Positions 1-11,781 of a DNA stretch of 64,000 nucleotides are shown piece after piece. Source of the stretch: Octopus sinensis (lineage: Eukaryota); assembly GCF_006345805.1 (NCBI RefSeq), contig NC_043010.1, forward strand, positions 3,720,001 through 3,784,000, written 5' to 3'. The notes under the pieces are model-generated. The model saw nothing but the letters and a program-made list of their open reading frames with translations. It was not told the origin of the DNA and did no database searches. A program made the position numbers and the translations under genes. The first letter of the stretch is position 1. Each line of letters starts with the position of its first letter.

Positions 1-1835
1 GCTGAAGATTGCTCTACATTTTAAAACTGATGTAATACTTGCATTGTTTAATTAAATGAAGTCGCATGAAACGATTGTACTACACTATCTTTGGATAACA
101 TTGTTGCTTATTTTAATTATAATCATCCCATTTTGATTTATATAGGTAATACCATACCAAATTCTGGTGCCTTTAACTTAAGTACCATATTCAACTGAAT
201 CTAAATTTTTATTGAACTTATATATATATATATATATTTATCTACTACATATGTGGAAAATCATTGTGTGTTTGTGGAGTTGTTAGCTAACTCCTTGTAC
301 ATCGTTTTATTGATTTTGATGAAACTTGACACATGAGTAGAACTCATGTCTAGAAACCCTGTGACATACTCAGATTGTTGAAACCCTTATATGTACCTCA
401 TATAACGTTTTTTTAACAACCAAGGGAAATAACCCATAGCACCTGTACAATATATTTTTTTAACACTAGCGAAATAACCCATTTCATTGTTTATGTTCAA
501 TTACTTTGAATATTGATTTTTTGTGTGTCCTATTTCTAATTTTTGCAGACAATATCACTTTTATACTTTATTTGACACATGAGTAGAACTCATGTCTGGA
601 AACCTCGTGACATACTTAGACTCTTGAAAAAATCGATAATAGGGCCCTCCCAATGGATCCGTCTATCTACTACATTCCAAAGAATTCTAGTTATTCCTCT
701 ATTATCAACTCACACATGGTTAGGATTAGTTTTTCCAACAAAAAATCTCTCACAAATTATCTCCTCACATAATATTAGTCTGTTAAATAAGAATCCATTT
801 ACTAATACTAACATTAATTTAGCTAATACCATCCATCTCCCTAGAAATATTAATAACAAGGTTATTGTCTCTGAAGTGAATTCCAACAGAATTAAGTTTA
901 TGTTTAGTAATTCTAAGATTAAAATTTCTAAATACCAGTGTAAAATTACTTCAGGTACTGATGTCTTTTTTTATATCGGTAGTTCTTCTTCTCAGTTATC
1001 TAAAAGAATTTCTAATCATTACTCTACATTTAGGGATAGTAATAAATGCAACAGTACAGGCTTAGTAAATTAATTTGGTATTTAAAGAACCATAGTAAAC
1101 AATCTAGATTGGTTGATTCTCTCCATTTCATTCCCATATGATAAAGGCAAAGAATTCTGCCAACTCTGTAAACCTAACTATTTTCTATTCTTTTTTCTAA
1201 GAATTCCCTTGTAAACAAGGTTATAGAGCGTGCTTATCGATGTAAACATTGGCAGAAACACACCTTTAGTTTATATAAGTGATATCTACCATTATATATA
1301 ATTTGAACATTGATTTGCTTCTTACATTTCTCTTCCACTAGATATATCTTTTTCCAAGCATTTAACCTTTTATTTGATTCACATATCGCTCTATATTTCT
1401 CATTTAGTAGTTTTCTACTTATTTCTTTCCTTTACTCCTCCTCTTTCTATAGGCTACCTTTGACATTATACCCTCTCACTGTTTTTTAAAAAAACTTAAA
1501 GAATTCCATTCATCATTATAGACATTCATCACATTCTGTTAAAATGTCTTATTGATGAGTTCGGTTTATTTCTTTCTTTCTCTGATGAGAAGATTACATT
1601 GTTTTACACCATTTTATTCCTTTGGAATAATACAAAAGTTGTCTTCGAAACAAGTGTTGGAAGTAAAAGCTTCAAATAAAATTGTTCTTAGTATGAAACA
1701 ATTGTACTAAACTACTAATCCATTCTTGATGCTTTTTTTCTTGGTTATAATCACCCCACATTATTTAATGGTTAACACCATAATTGAATTCTGGTGCATC
1801 TAAGTTAAGTATCATATTCATTTGAATTCATTGGA
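1..1835 (+). mobile_element. Decayed Penelope-like retroelement (GIY-YIG endonuclease end between two diverged direct repeats)
   Basis: ORF 579-1073 ends KYQCKITSGTDVFFYIGSSSSQLSKRISNHYSTFR...NSTGL and continues in shifted frames as IWYLK...LDWLIL...PYDKGKEFCQLC, the pattern of PLE GIY-YIG domains. Segments ~1-210 and ~1580-1830 share motifs (AATTCTGGTGC at 160 and 1787). Confidence 0.7.
1575..1672 (+). ncRNA. Degenerate type I hammerhead ribozyme-like motif in the PLE repeat
   Basis: CTGATGA (1582-1588), stem II GAAGA/TCTTC with a long insert, GAAAC (1647-1651), GTA (1663-1665). Stem I pairing is poor. Confidence 0.5.
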
Positions 1836-1862
1836 ATTCACTTGGATCTTAATTGTTTTTGC

Positions 1863-1903
<41 letters not shown>

Positions 1904-2010
1904 ATATGTATATATATATAAAATATGTATGTATGTATATGTATGTATATATGTATATATATAAATATATATGTATGTATATGTATAAATGTATATTATG
2001 TATATATAAA

Positions 2011-2051
<41 letters not shown>

Positions 2052-2055
<4 letters not shown>

Positions 2056-3270
2056 TATTAAATTAGAGATAAAACCACTATTAGGCAAATCAAACAATGA
2101 AAAGCATAAGCCAATACATAAAATTAATTTAATTTATATTATTTTAAATATATATCAAAAGTATTAAAAGTTTAATAAAAGATAAAGAGTAAAACACTAC
2201 GATCGTTTCATGGCTGTACAATTCGAATAACAATAATTTAAATTCAATTAATAATTCGAGTTATGGTTACAGTCAATCTTCAGGTTAATTGAAATATCTA
2301 AAAAATAATCAGAAATATTTATACAATATTTTTAAGATATAAATAATATAATAATTTTACTTATAATAAACTCTATTATCAAACTAGAAACATAAAACTT
2401 AACAATTATGATTATATCAAAATCGACTATAATGTTAAATATTAATTTAATTTATAAGGTAGGAAACTCACCAATAATCTAATATTGGTATTAATCTATA
2501 TCTAATTACATAAATATTTAAAAATGACTATTATATATAAATTATCAATGAAAATATATAAATGTATATAAATATTATAATTAAGATCTAAAATAATCTC
2601 TATAAATAAATATATATGCACATATAATAAAAACCTAATAAATTAATTTTTCATATTTAAAGATGAAATAGCTAATTTCAAAATACAAATAAACAAACTT
2701 AAACGAACTTTCGGAAATCTTATGTAAAATACTTATAGAAATAATCAATTCATAGTAACATAGTATCGAATAAATACTATAAATACTATAAATATAATTA
2801 TCAATGGGAATAACTAGCGAATATCAATTTAAAAAAACAATAACTAAGTTATGCTATTAAATTAGACATGGCCTGGACCAATCTTTAGTTGAAACATATC
2901 TAAGTTTATCAAAGTTTATCTAATTTAATTATAAGAAATTTAAAACTACAATTAATACTATTAAAACATGTATATACAAAAGCCTAACTTTATACACCTC
3001 GTATACTTGCTATCAAACAACAAATTTATCGCTAAGTAGTATCTTACGAATAAACTTAAATTTAATATCTAATAATATAGAAAATTACGATAATTAGATC
3101 ATTACATAAACAACGATATTTACATAAGGAAAATATTATTACACCAAAGACTTATACAATATTAAAATTTACAATTTGAGGATCTTAAATATAAATAAAT
3201 ACTTATCTTAGCGAGGTTTAGTAATTGTTTGATTTGCCTAATAGTGGTTTTATCTCTAATTTAATATAAT
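2052..3270. mobile_element. Non-autonomous TIR element with perfect 47-bp terminal inverted repeats and a very AT-rich interior
   Basis: 2052-2098 ATTATATTAAATTAGAGATAAAACCACTATTAGGCAAATCAAACAAT is the exact reverse complement of 3224-3270. The left end abuts a (TA)n tract. Confidence 0.8.
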
Positions 3271-3455
3271 ATAATATAATATATTTACACTATAAAATTG
3301 GATTTAATCCTAAATCTGATTTTTCCCTGTAAATTTGGATTTATTCCCTAATATTTTATTATTAATATATATATATGTATATATATAAATATATATGTAT
3401 ATATATATATATATAAATATGTATATGCATATTTATATATAAATATATACCATTC

Positions 3456-3660
3456 AATGTGTGACCGCGTGTGTATCATTGGCAATTTTCTTTCTCCGTT
3501 TTCCCTTCTTTGGACCTTTCCTTTTTCTATGTTTCTGACAAAGAGCTCCACTCGAAACGTTAAATCCTCCTTCTTTCTTTCCTTTCCTGAGCGTCCAGTA
3601 ACACTATAATTGTTCCACGTCCTCGCGTTGTTGTGTTTTCTCTTTGATCATGCTTGAATT
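3456..3660 (+). mobile_element. Solo Penelope-type terminal-repeat fragment carrying a minimal hammerhead-like motif
   Basis: GTTT-CTGACAA-A-GAG-CTCCA-CTC-GAAAC-GTT-AAAT at 3531-3565, inside a pyrimidine-rich segment flanked by TA-rich microsatellites. Confidence 0.55.
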
Positions 3661-3832
3661 AACTATATATACAAATATATATCTATATATAGATATGTAT
3701 AATATACGTAAATATATATGTGTATATATATGTATATAAATGTATATATATAAATATATATATGTATGTATATATATGTATATATGTATATAAACATATA
3801 AGATCAAGAGCAGTCATGACAAATGTAAACAG

Positions 3833-4060
3833 TTCTTAAAGGAAAGCGTTTTGCAGATGTGGAAGAAGTGAAGGAAAAAATGATGGAGGCATTAAAAGGT
3901 ATCACTTTACAGAGTTCCAGGACTGCTTCGAATTGTGGAAGATGTGTTTGGACCAATGCATTACTTGAAATGGAAAATACTTTGAAGGCGATTTAAGTGT
4001 AAACATGTAAAATTAAGTGAATAAAATACTATTGCAAAATTCCAGTTTCTTTTGGGTACC

Positions 4061-4063
<3 letters not shown>
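3833..4063 (+). mobile_element. Mariner 3' fragment
   Basis: Degenerate translation LKGKRFADVEEVKEKMMEALKGI...FQDCFELWK.C.DQCI...GKYFEGD*, followed by a TIR-like end TTTCTTTTGGGTACCCTC. Confidence 0.8.
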
Positions 4064-4101
<38 letters not shown>

Positions 4102-4703
4102 GTATAAAGGTTGAATTCATCTTTTAATTGGGAGTTTCCAAAAAAGATTTCTAATGTTCATTCTGATTCTTCATACTTTGCTGGGATTTTACAGGCATAA
4201 ATTTGCGAAGATATGCAAGTAGTACCTGTATATAATGTATGATGAATTAGAATCTTCTCCATTTTATTTTTTATTAGAAATCAAGTTCTTATTAATAATA
4301 TCTTTGCAAAAAAATCATATTCGCTATGACTTATATTGAGAACAATTCTCTCATTTTCCTAACATAAAACGATGTTGTGCATTGTGTGCACGCATGCATG
4401 CACACAAATAAGTATGCATTTGTGTAGATGTATATCAAAATGCACATGTGTAATTGTGTGTGTGCACAGGCACAATCTACAACATTGGTTTATGTTAGGT
4501 ATGTGAAAGAAGTGTTATTATATACATAATAAATATATACATGCACACACAGTCAGTCACATATACACACAAATATCTATTTGTGTAGATATATATCAAA
4601 ATGCATGTGTAATTGTGTGTGAGTATATATTTATGTATATATTAATATGTAGAACATATGTATTAAGCATTTTATTTATTTATATAGGTATATGTACTTA
4701 TTT

Positions 4704-4745
<42 letters not shown>

Positions 4746-4820
4746 CGTGTATATATTTATATTATCTATATTCATATATGTTTATATATATATATGCTTG
4801 TGTGTGTGTGTATGTATGTA

Positions 4821-4862
<42 letters not shown>

Positions 4863-4867
<5 letters not shown>

Positions 4868-6102
4868 TCATCCAATAAATAATGCAGTTTCTTTCAATTG
4901 CATGAAAAGTTAGAGGAGGATGGGATAAACTACCTGCATCAACTTGCTATAAACCAGGCAATAAATTAACCTTGTACTTATTCTTAGTGTAAGTTTTGAA
5001 GAGTACAGTTCAATTTTAATAGTTATTTTACAAAGCTATAATGGAAGTGGCAAAGGAACGTATTTTGTTTTATGAGTTTAATAAAGGCAACAATGCAATG
5101 GAAATTGCAAGGTATATTAATGCAGTATATGGAGATCTGACAATAAGTGTAATCCAGTGTCAATGGTGGTTCCAGAAATTCTGAGACAAAAACTACAGCC
5201 TAAAAGACAAGCCTTGTCCTTGAAGCTCTGTAAAGCTCGATGAGAACATCCTGCAAATTCTGGTGCAACAAAATCCCGTCGTAACTGTTGAGGAACTAGC
5301 AGAGAAGCTTGGATTTGGTCATTCCACCATTCATCAACACTTGTGTGCCATCAGAAAAGTCAGCAAATTAAGTCAATGGGTTCATCACAAACTTTCCGCG
5401 TCTATGAATGTTTACTCTTCTTTGGTGTCACGTCTCACGCTTGAATCTTTTTTTAACTGAATATTGACAGGTGACAGGAAATGAGTTCCCTATAAAAATG
5501 TCAAGCGCCAAGGACAGTGGGTAGGGAAAGGAGAAACATCATATCCCAGGTTAAAGAAGGTCTTCATTCTTGTAACGTTTTGTTATCTGTTTGGTGGGAT
5601 ATGAAAGGTTTAGTTTACTTTGAACTTTTAAACCCAAACTAAACATTAACAAAGGAGATCTACTGCAAACAGCTTGAGTAGCTAAAGTCAGTGTTAGAAG
5701 AAAAACGACCATCTTTGGTTTCAAGATGAAAGATGTTCTTCAATCAGGATAATGCTCGGCCACATACAGTGAGGATGACATCCCAAAGACTGGAGCAGTT
5801 TGAATGGGAAATGATGCCCCACCCACCATATTCATTGGATATTCTCCCATCTGATTATCATTTATTCTGAAGTCTTCAAATTCATTTGGATGGAAAAAAT
5901 ATGAATTCTGTAGACAAGGTCAGAACTGTACTGGAGGAGTATCTTACATCATGGACAAGTGAATTTTGGAAGTCTACCAGATAGATGGAAGAGCATTGAA
6001 GAAAATCAAGGACAGTATATTATAGATTAAAAAAGAAATTTGTTTATCTTAATTTTGAAAAATAAAAGAAATATAAAAAAGCTACATTATTTATGGGATG
6101 AC

Positions 6103-6108
<6 letters not shown>
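4863..6108 (+). mobile_element. Near full-length decayed mariner transposon
   Basis: TIRs TAGTGTCATCCAATAAATAATGCAG and CTACATTATTTATGGGATGACCCAATA sit in TA repeats. Transposase pseudogene has WVHHKL (WVPHEL), TGDRK, QDNARPH and PHPPYSLDILPSDYHLF motifs, with stops and frameshifts. Confidence 0.93.
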
Positions 6109-6138
<30 letters not shown>

Positions 6139-6499
6139 TAATAGATATGTAGTGGTTTATATATGTATAATATTCAGTATTGAAATAAATCTGATGTATA
6201 TATTACCACAACGTTATAGAATTATCAATGCATGGGCTACAATCATTTGATAACATAAACACACAGGATTAATTCAAACTCTATCCTTACACAAAGAAAT
6301 CTGTTCAAAATGAGATTCTCAGACAAAATTGGCCAAAAAATGTAAAACATAGACATGAAACTTAGGAAATTTTTGTTTATGATTCAAGTCATACGCACTA
6401 AATTTGTCCCAGAGCCAATACATGCAAAAACATTAGGATAGGAGAGTCCTTATGAGATGAAGAATAAAGGTCTTAAATTGCAGATATAAAGAACTTCAT

Positions 6500-7985
6500 A
6501 AGTTTGAAAATACACTCAAACTCTTCTGTGGAAATGAAAGGGAAGAAAGAAAAGAAACAGAGCAATTGACAAAAAAACCTCAGACGTTCTACAAATTTGT
6601 AAAAGAATCTGCCTTGGAGCATATTCTTTTACAATCTAAAGAAAATGGTTCACTAACTGCAGAACTGATGAGGATAAGTGAAATACTCAACAAACAATTC
6701 CAGGGTATCTTAACCCTTTTACTGGGAAGTATGCAGAAAATCAAACCTGATGAGTTCTTCAGCATTACAGGTTTTGTTATCAGGCTTTGTATACAAGGAA
6801 AATACAACCATCTCTTACATTGACATAAAAGAAGAGAATGTAGTATTGGTCAATAATTATCTCATGAATGAATTTGAAATCAGTGGTAGATTGATGGTTT
6901 ACTAGTTATTCTTTAAACGACATGCAAGGAAGCTCTGACAAAACCACTGCAGATACTTTTCCAGTGCTTCATGGAAAGTGGCAAACTTCCCAAAATGCTG
7001 TATGAGGGTATTATATACCCTATCCATAAAAGAGGGGGCAGAACAGCTGTTAGGAATTGCAGGCCTGTTTCTCTGATCCCACATGTCAGCAAATCCATGG
7101 AATTCATTATCAGAAAGAGGCTGATTATGTTCTTAGAAGAAAATGGCTTGCTAGTTAATACACAACATGGCTCCTGTGCAGGAAGGAGCAGTGTCACACA
7201 GCTCATACAGCCCTGTGACTGAGTACTGATACAACAGCAAAATCATTCAAATATGGGTGTAATATATCTTGGCTTTGCCAAAGCCTTCAACAAAGTCATT
7301 CACGGGTTGATATATCACGAATTGCACAATCTTAGTATCATTAGTATATTGGGGAATACTCTTTACTCTTTACTCTTTTACTTGTTTCAGTCATTTGACT
7401 GCGGTCATGCTGGAGCACCACCTTTAGTCGAGCAAATCGACCCCGGAACTTTTTGTTTTTTTGTAAGCCCAGTACTTATTCTATCGGTCTCTTTTGCTGA
7501 ACCGCTAAGTGACGGGGACGTAAACACACCAGCATCGGTTGTCAAGCAATGCTAGGGGGACAAACACAGACACACAAACACACACATATATATATACATA
7601 TATACGACAGGCTTCTTTCAGTTTCCGTCTACCAAATCCACTCACAAGGCATTGGTCAGCCCTGGGCTATAGCAGAAGACACTTGCCCAAGATGCCACGC
7701 AGTGGGACTGAACCCGGAACCATGTGGTTGGTAAGCAAGCTACTTACCACACAGCCACTCCCGTGCCTATGTTGCATAATTTTTAAAAAGATTGGATTCA
7801 GATAGTTGCAGCCATTGCTGTTTACTCTGAGGTGACATCAATACTAAGTGGACTCCCACAAAGAACTATACTGTGAGCACTATTGTTTGTGGCTGCTCTC
7901 TCAGACATGCCTTCAGTCATACTTTAAATCACTCTCACCAGCTTTGCTGATGATACATAAGTATCACAAGCAATGAAGGTCCCTC
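6500..7985 (+). mobile_element. Decayed LINE reverse transcriptase (CR1/L2/Jockey-like), interrupted by a SINE
   Basis: IYPIHKRG...NCRPVSLIPHVSKSME...QHG...GRS, YLGFAKAFNKV.HG; after the SINE at 7358-7770 it resumes GLPQRTIL...SFADDT. The 5' boundary is approximate. Confidence 0.85.
7358..7770 (-). mobile_element. tRNA-derived SINE, family A
   Basis: Reverse strand has a tRNA-like head (TGGCTGTGTGG A box, GGTTCAGTCCC B box), CTTGGGCAAGTGTCTTCT, an internal (TG/TA)n, a CAGTCA-AA-TGACTG stem-loop and a repeated GTAAAAGA/GTAAAGA tail. Near-identical to other copies in the window. Confidence 0.92.
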
Positions 7986-8186
7986 AAGATACTTCAAAGC
8001 TAGAGAAAAATTTGATCTCTGTCTGAAGAATTTCTAATAGGAAATGTCTTACAGGCTTATCCAAATTTGTGATTCTTATTAGCAAATGAAATATATGTAG
8101 TGGTGAATATATAATACCAAACAATTTTCCAACTTCCTGTTTCATATATACCATATTGTATAGTATATATATATATATATATATAA

Positions 8187-8406
8187 CTCTTTTATTTGTT
8201 TCAGTCATTTGACTGTGGCCATGCTGGAATACCGCCTTTAGTTGAACAAACAGGACTTAATCTTTGTAAGCCTAGTACTTATTCTATCAGTCCCTTTTGA
8301 CAAGCCGCTAAGTTACAGTGAAGTAAACACACAAACATCAGTTGTTAAGCAATGGTGTAGGAGACAAACACAGACACACACAAACACACACCCATGCACA
8401 CTCTCT

Positions 8407-8438
<32 letters not shown>

Positions 8439-8596
8439 CACATGACGGGCTTCTTTCAGCTTCTGTCTATGAAATCCACTCACAAAGCTTTGGTCAGCCC
8501 TAGGTTATAGAAGAAGATACTTGTCCATGGTGCCACGCTGTGGGAACCATTTGGTTGGGAAGCAAGCTACTTACCACACATCATCATCTGTCTTCT
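8187..8596 (-). mobile_element. tRNA-derived SINE, family A (older copy)
   Basis: Collinear with family A but more diverged. Confidence 0.85.
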
Positions 8597-8825
8597 ATAT
8601 CAGATGACTGAGCCAAACCTCACCTTTTAAGCATGACACCAGCATTGTATTTGTAATACATACACAGGGATAGAAAATGGGTGATGACATATATATGTGT
8701 GTGTTATATAGATATATATATGTGTGTGTATGTGTTATATATATATATATATATATATATTGGTAAAAAAGGTAAGATAACAAAAGAAAGAAAGAGACCT
8801 CAATATTATGTAAATAGAGGAAATT

Positions 8826-8995
8826 TATCTGTAAAATAATATGTGACAATTATTCAATAGCCAAGATAAAACTCTGAGTTTCGGTTATCTGGTTATCCAG
8901 ATAACCGAAGAGATGGTGTTATGGATTTCCACCTCGGCATCAGAAACTCAGAGTTTTATCTTGGCTATTGAATAATTGTCACATATTATTTTTAC

Positions 8996-9000
<5 letters not shown>
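8826..9000. repeat. Palindromic (foldback) segment
   Basis: 8826-8882 is the reverse complement of 8943-9000 apart from one indel. An inner perfect 13-bp hairpin lies at 8880-8909. Confidence 0.9.
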
Positions 9001-9039
<39 letters not shown>

Positions 9040-9948
9040 TATATGCCATAGAACCCTTAAAAACTGAGACCCTTTATTTAATGCCCTAGCTTAATTTCAT
9101 TATCCATGAAGTCAATCAAGTAGTATCAATATATGTAATCATCATAAGCCATGGACCTCAAAACATGATAAGCCTCGCAAGAATAAAGGACAACTCAGAG
9201 TAATGAAACTCCATGATGTAAAAAATTCACAAACATACATCCCCATCTTCAACTGCCTATCACCAATCATTATGATTTCAACAACTGGGCGTTCATTCTG
9301 GTAGTGTCAGGAGTGTTTAATAACACTGCCTGGAAATCAGTAGTCAAATAGCAGGAGTCAAACATTGGCATAATATGCTTATTATGCCAACACTTGCTTA
9401 TTATCATCAATAACAACATCAAATATAAACAAAATAGTATTAAGTAATAAGTAAATGCTAGAAATTATGAAAAAAAAAAAATGTATCTATAAAACAAAGA
9501 AACTCCTCCCACAAAGGACATTGTGAACAAAAAATGCTGTCGTACAAAGCAGAACTAATGAACTAACCATATTGAACAAAACCTACTGAATCACTGATCC
9601 ATGACATATTAATAACAACACAAGGAACAACATTGCTACAATCTCAAACATATAGATCCGTTAACAGACATAGACCAATAGATATGCTGTTTCTTATTCT
9701 ACAAGAGTAAGTCAGAAAGTAAACGCTTACTAGCTCAGTTTCATAAAATGTATTCCAAACATGAAACTACTCCAAAAACAAACCAACTAGCAGAACAATA
9801 TACCTTTTAATCAGTGTTCATAAACCATGCCAAGTTAAAAAGACAAGCATAGATAAATATCTATTAAATATGTCTAATTATAGAAAATAGATTAACTGAA
9901 TAAATTGTTGATTAAAAATAAAAAATAAAACTAAACAGATTATTATAT

Positions 9949-10363
9949 ACTCTTTACTCTTTTACTCTTTTACTTGTTTCAGTCATTTGACTGCGGCCAT
10001 GCTGGAGCACCGCCTTTAGTTGAGCAAATCGACCCCGGGACTTGTTCTTTGTAAGCCCAGTACTTATTCTATCGGTCTCTTTTGCCGAACCGCTAAGTGA
10101 CAGGGACGTAAACACACCAGCATCGGTTGTCAAGCAATGCTAGGGGGACAAACACAGACACACAAACATATACACACACACTTATATATATATACATATA
10201 TATGACAGGCTTCTTTCAGTTTCCGTCTACCAAATCCACTCACAAGGCATTGGTCGGCCCGGGGCTATAGCAGAAGACACTTGCCCAAGATGCCACGCAG
10301 TGGGACTGAACCCGGAACCATGTGGTTGGTTAGCAAGCTACTTACCACACAGCCACTCCTATA
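9949..10363 (-). mobile_element. tRNA-derived SINE, family A
   Basis: Near-identical to the 7358-7770 copy. Confidence 0.92.
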
Positions 10364-10389
10364 GATACATGAATAATATAATGTGTATA

Positions 10390-10630
10390 TCATCATCATT
10401 ATCATCATCATTTAACTTTTATTTTCCATGCTGGCATGGGTTGGATGGCTTCACAGGAACCGATAGAGCCAGAGGACACACTCCATAGCCTGTTTTGGCT
10501 TGATTTCTACAGCTGGATGCCCTTCCTAATGCCAGCCGCTTTGCAGTGTGTACTGGCTGCTTTTTACATGGGAACATCACCAATACTGTTTGTGGCAACA
10601 TCAGTGCTTTTTACACGACACCAGCACCAA
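10390..10630 (-). mobile_element. SINE family D fragment with (GAT)n tail
   Basis: (CAT)n-TTTAAC...TTCCATGCTGGCATGGGTTGGA...TTTCTACAGCTGGATGCCCTTCCTAA is shared with the 27590, 42005 and 57286 copies. Confidence 0.8.
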
Positions 10631-10682
10631 CACCAATGCATTTTGTGTGGCAACTTAGTTATTGCTTTACATTTCTCTGTAT

Positions 10683-10716
<34 letters not shown>

Positions 10717-10793
10717 CTTACACACACATATATATATGTACATATATATATGCATATATATATATATACATACATACATACATAGATACATAC

Positions 10794-10799
<6 letters not shown>

Positions 10800-10840
<41 letters not shown>

Positions 10841-11062
10841 TATACATACATATATATATATTTATGTAAATGTATATATATATATATTTATGTTTAATAT
10901 ATATATCATCATTATCATCATCATTTAGCGTCCGTTTTCCATGCTAAATGATGATGATAAATGATGATATATATATTAAACATAAATATAATATATATAT
11001 ACATTTACATAAATATATATATATGTATGTATATCTGTATATATATATATATATGTATATAT
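10800..11062. repeat. Long inverted repeat (~120-130 bp arms, 13-nt loop)
   Basis: Left arm ends at 10929, right arm starts at 10943. Unique interruptions (CAGATATAC, TTTATGTAAATG, TTTATGTTTAA) are mirrored. Outer ends are approximate. Confidence 0.85.
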
Positions 11063-11781
11063 GTGAAAAACTAAAAAGAAAATATATATAAATATACATA
11101 TATGTGTTTAATATATATATACATATATATGTATTTGTATATATATATATGTAAATATATAATAATATAAATGAATATGCATATATACATACGTATATGT
11201 ACATACTTACATCTAAACATATATATATGCATATATGGGCACAGGACGTCACGCGACGTGTACAACAAAGATACGAAGTACGACGAATACATGGAATATG
11301 AACTATTTTTTCGAACAGCGAGTGTTCATCAGTTGTTGGCTGTTTCTCTGCTCTCATATTTCGAGCATTTAACAAGAAGATATGCTTTTGATGAAACATT
11401 TGCTCCTGCAAAGCAAATTAAATAAAATTTGGGATTTTTTGCGGAGGGTCAAAATTGCTAACACAAACAGGACAGTGAAAACAAGCAGGAAGGGCTGCTA
11501 AGCCTAAACGAGGTTGTGGTGGTGAACGTGTAAATGAAGCTTGGACAGGAGACAGAAAACAACATGTAGAGAAAGAAAGAAACACAAGTTAGGAAAAGAA
11601 AGAAAGATGGCTGATGGTCACGTGGGAGCCATGTGAGCAAAAGAGGAAGAGTGAGGGAGAGAGAGTGACAGACAGAGAACTGTGAAGGGGAGGTAGAAGA
11701 ATAATAAGGGAAGAGAGAAAAAACAAAAGAATAATAAATATATATGTATATATTGGAAAAACTAAAAAAAATATGTATAAA

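Noticed and set aside
1822-2167. Y/I/V/C/M/H/T-rich ORFs here and at 3.3-4.9, 10.5-11.4, 24-29.2, 36 and 63.7 kb
   Set aside because: Translations of TA/TG/CA microsatellites, which lack stops in some frames.
2100-3220. Possible NUMT because of extreme AT content
   Set aside because: No recognisable mitochondrial protein, rRNA or tRNA motifs, and the segment is bounded by TIRs.
7539-7805. Recurrent ORFs (RQASFSFRLPNPLTRHWS...; MFIERKHLKSSTRLRQG...)
   Set aside because: They recur because they lie in SINE A and B copies, not a gene family.
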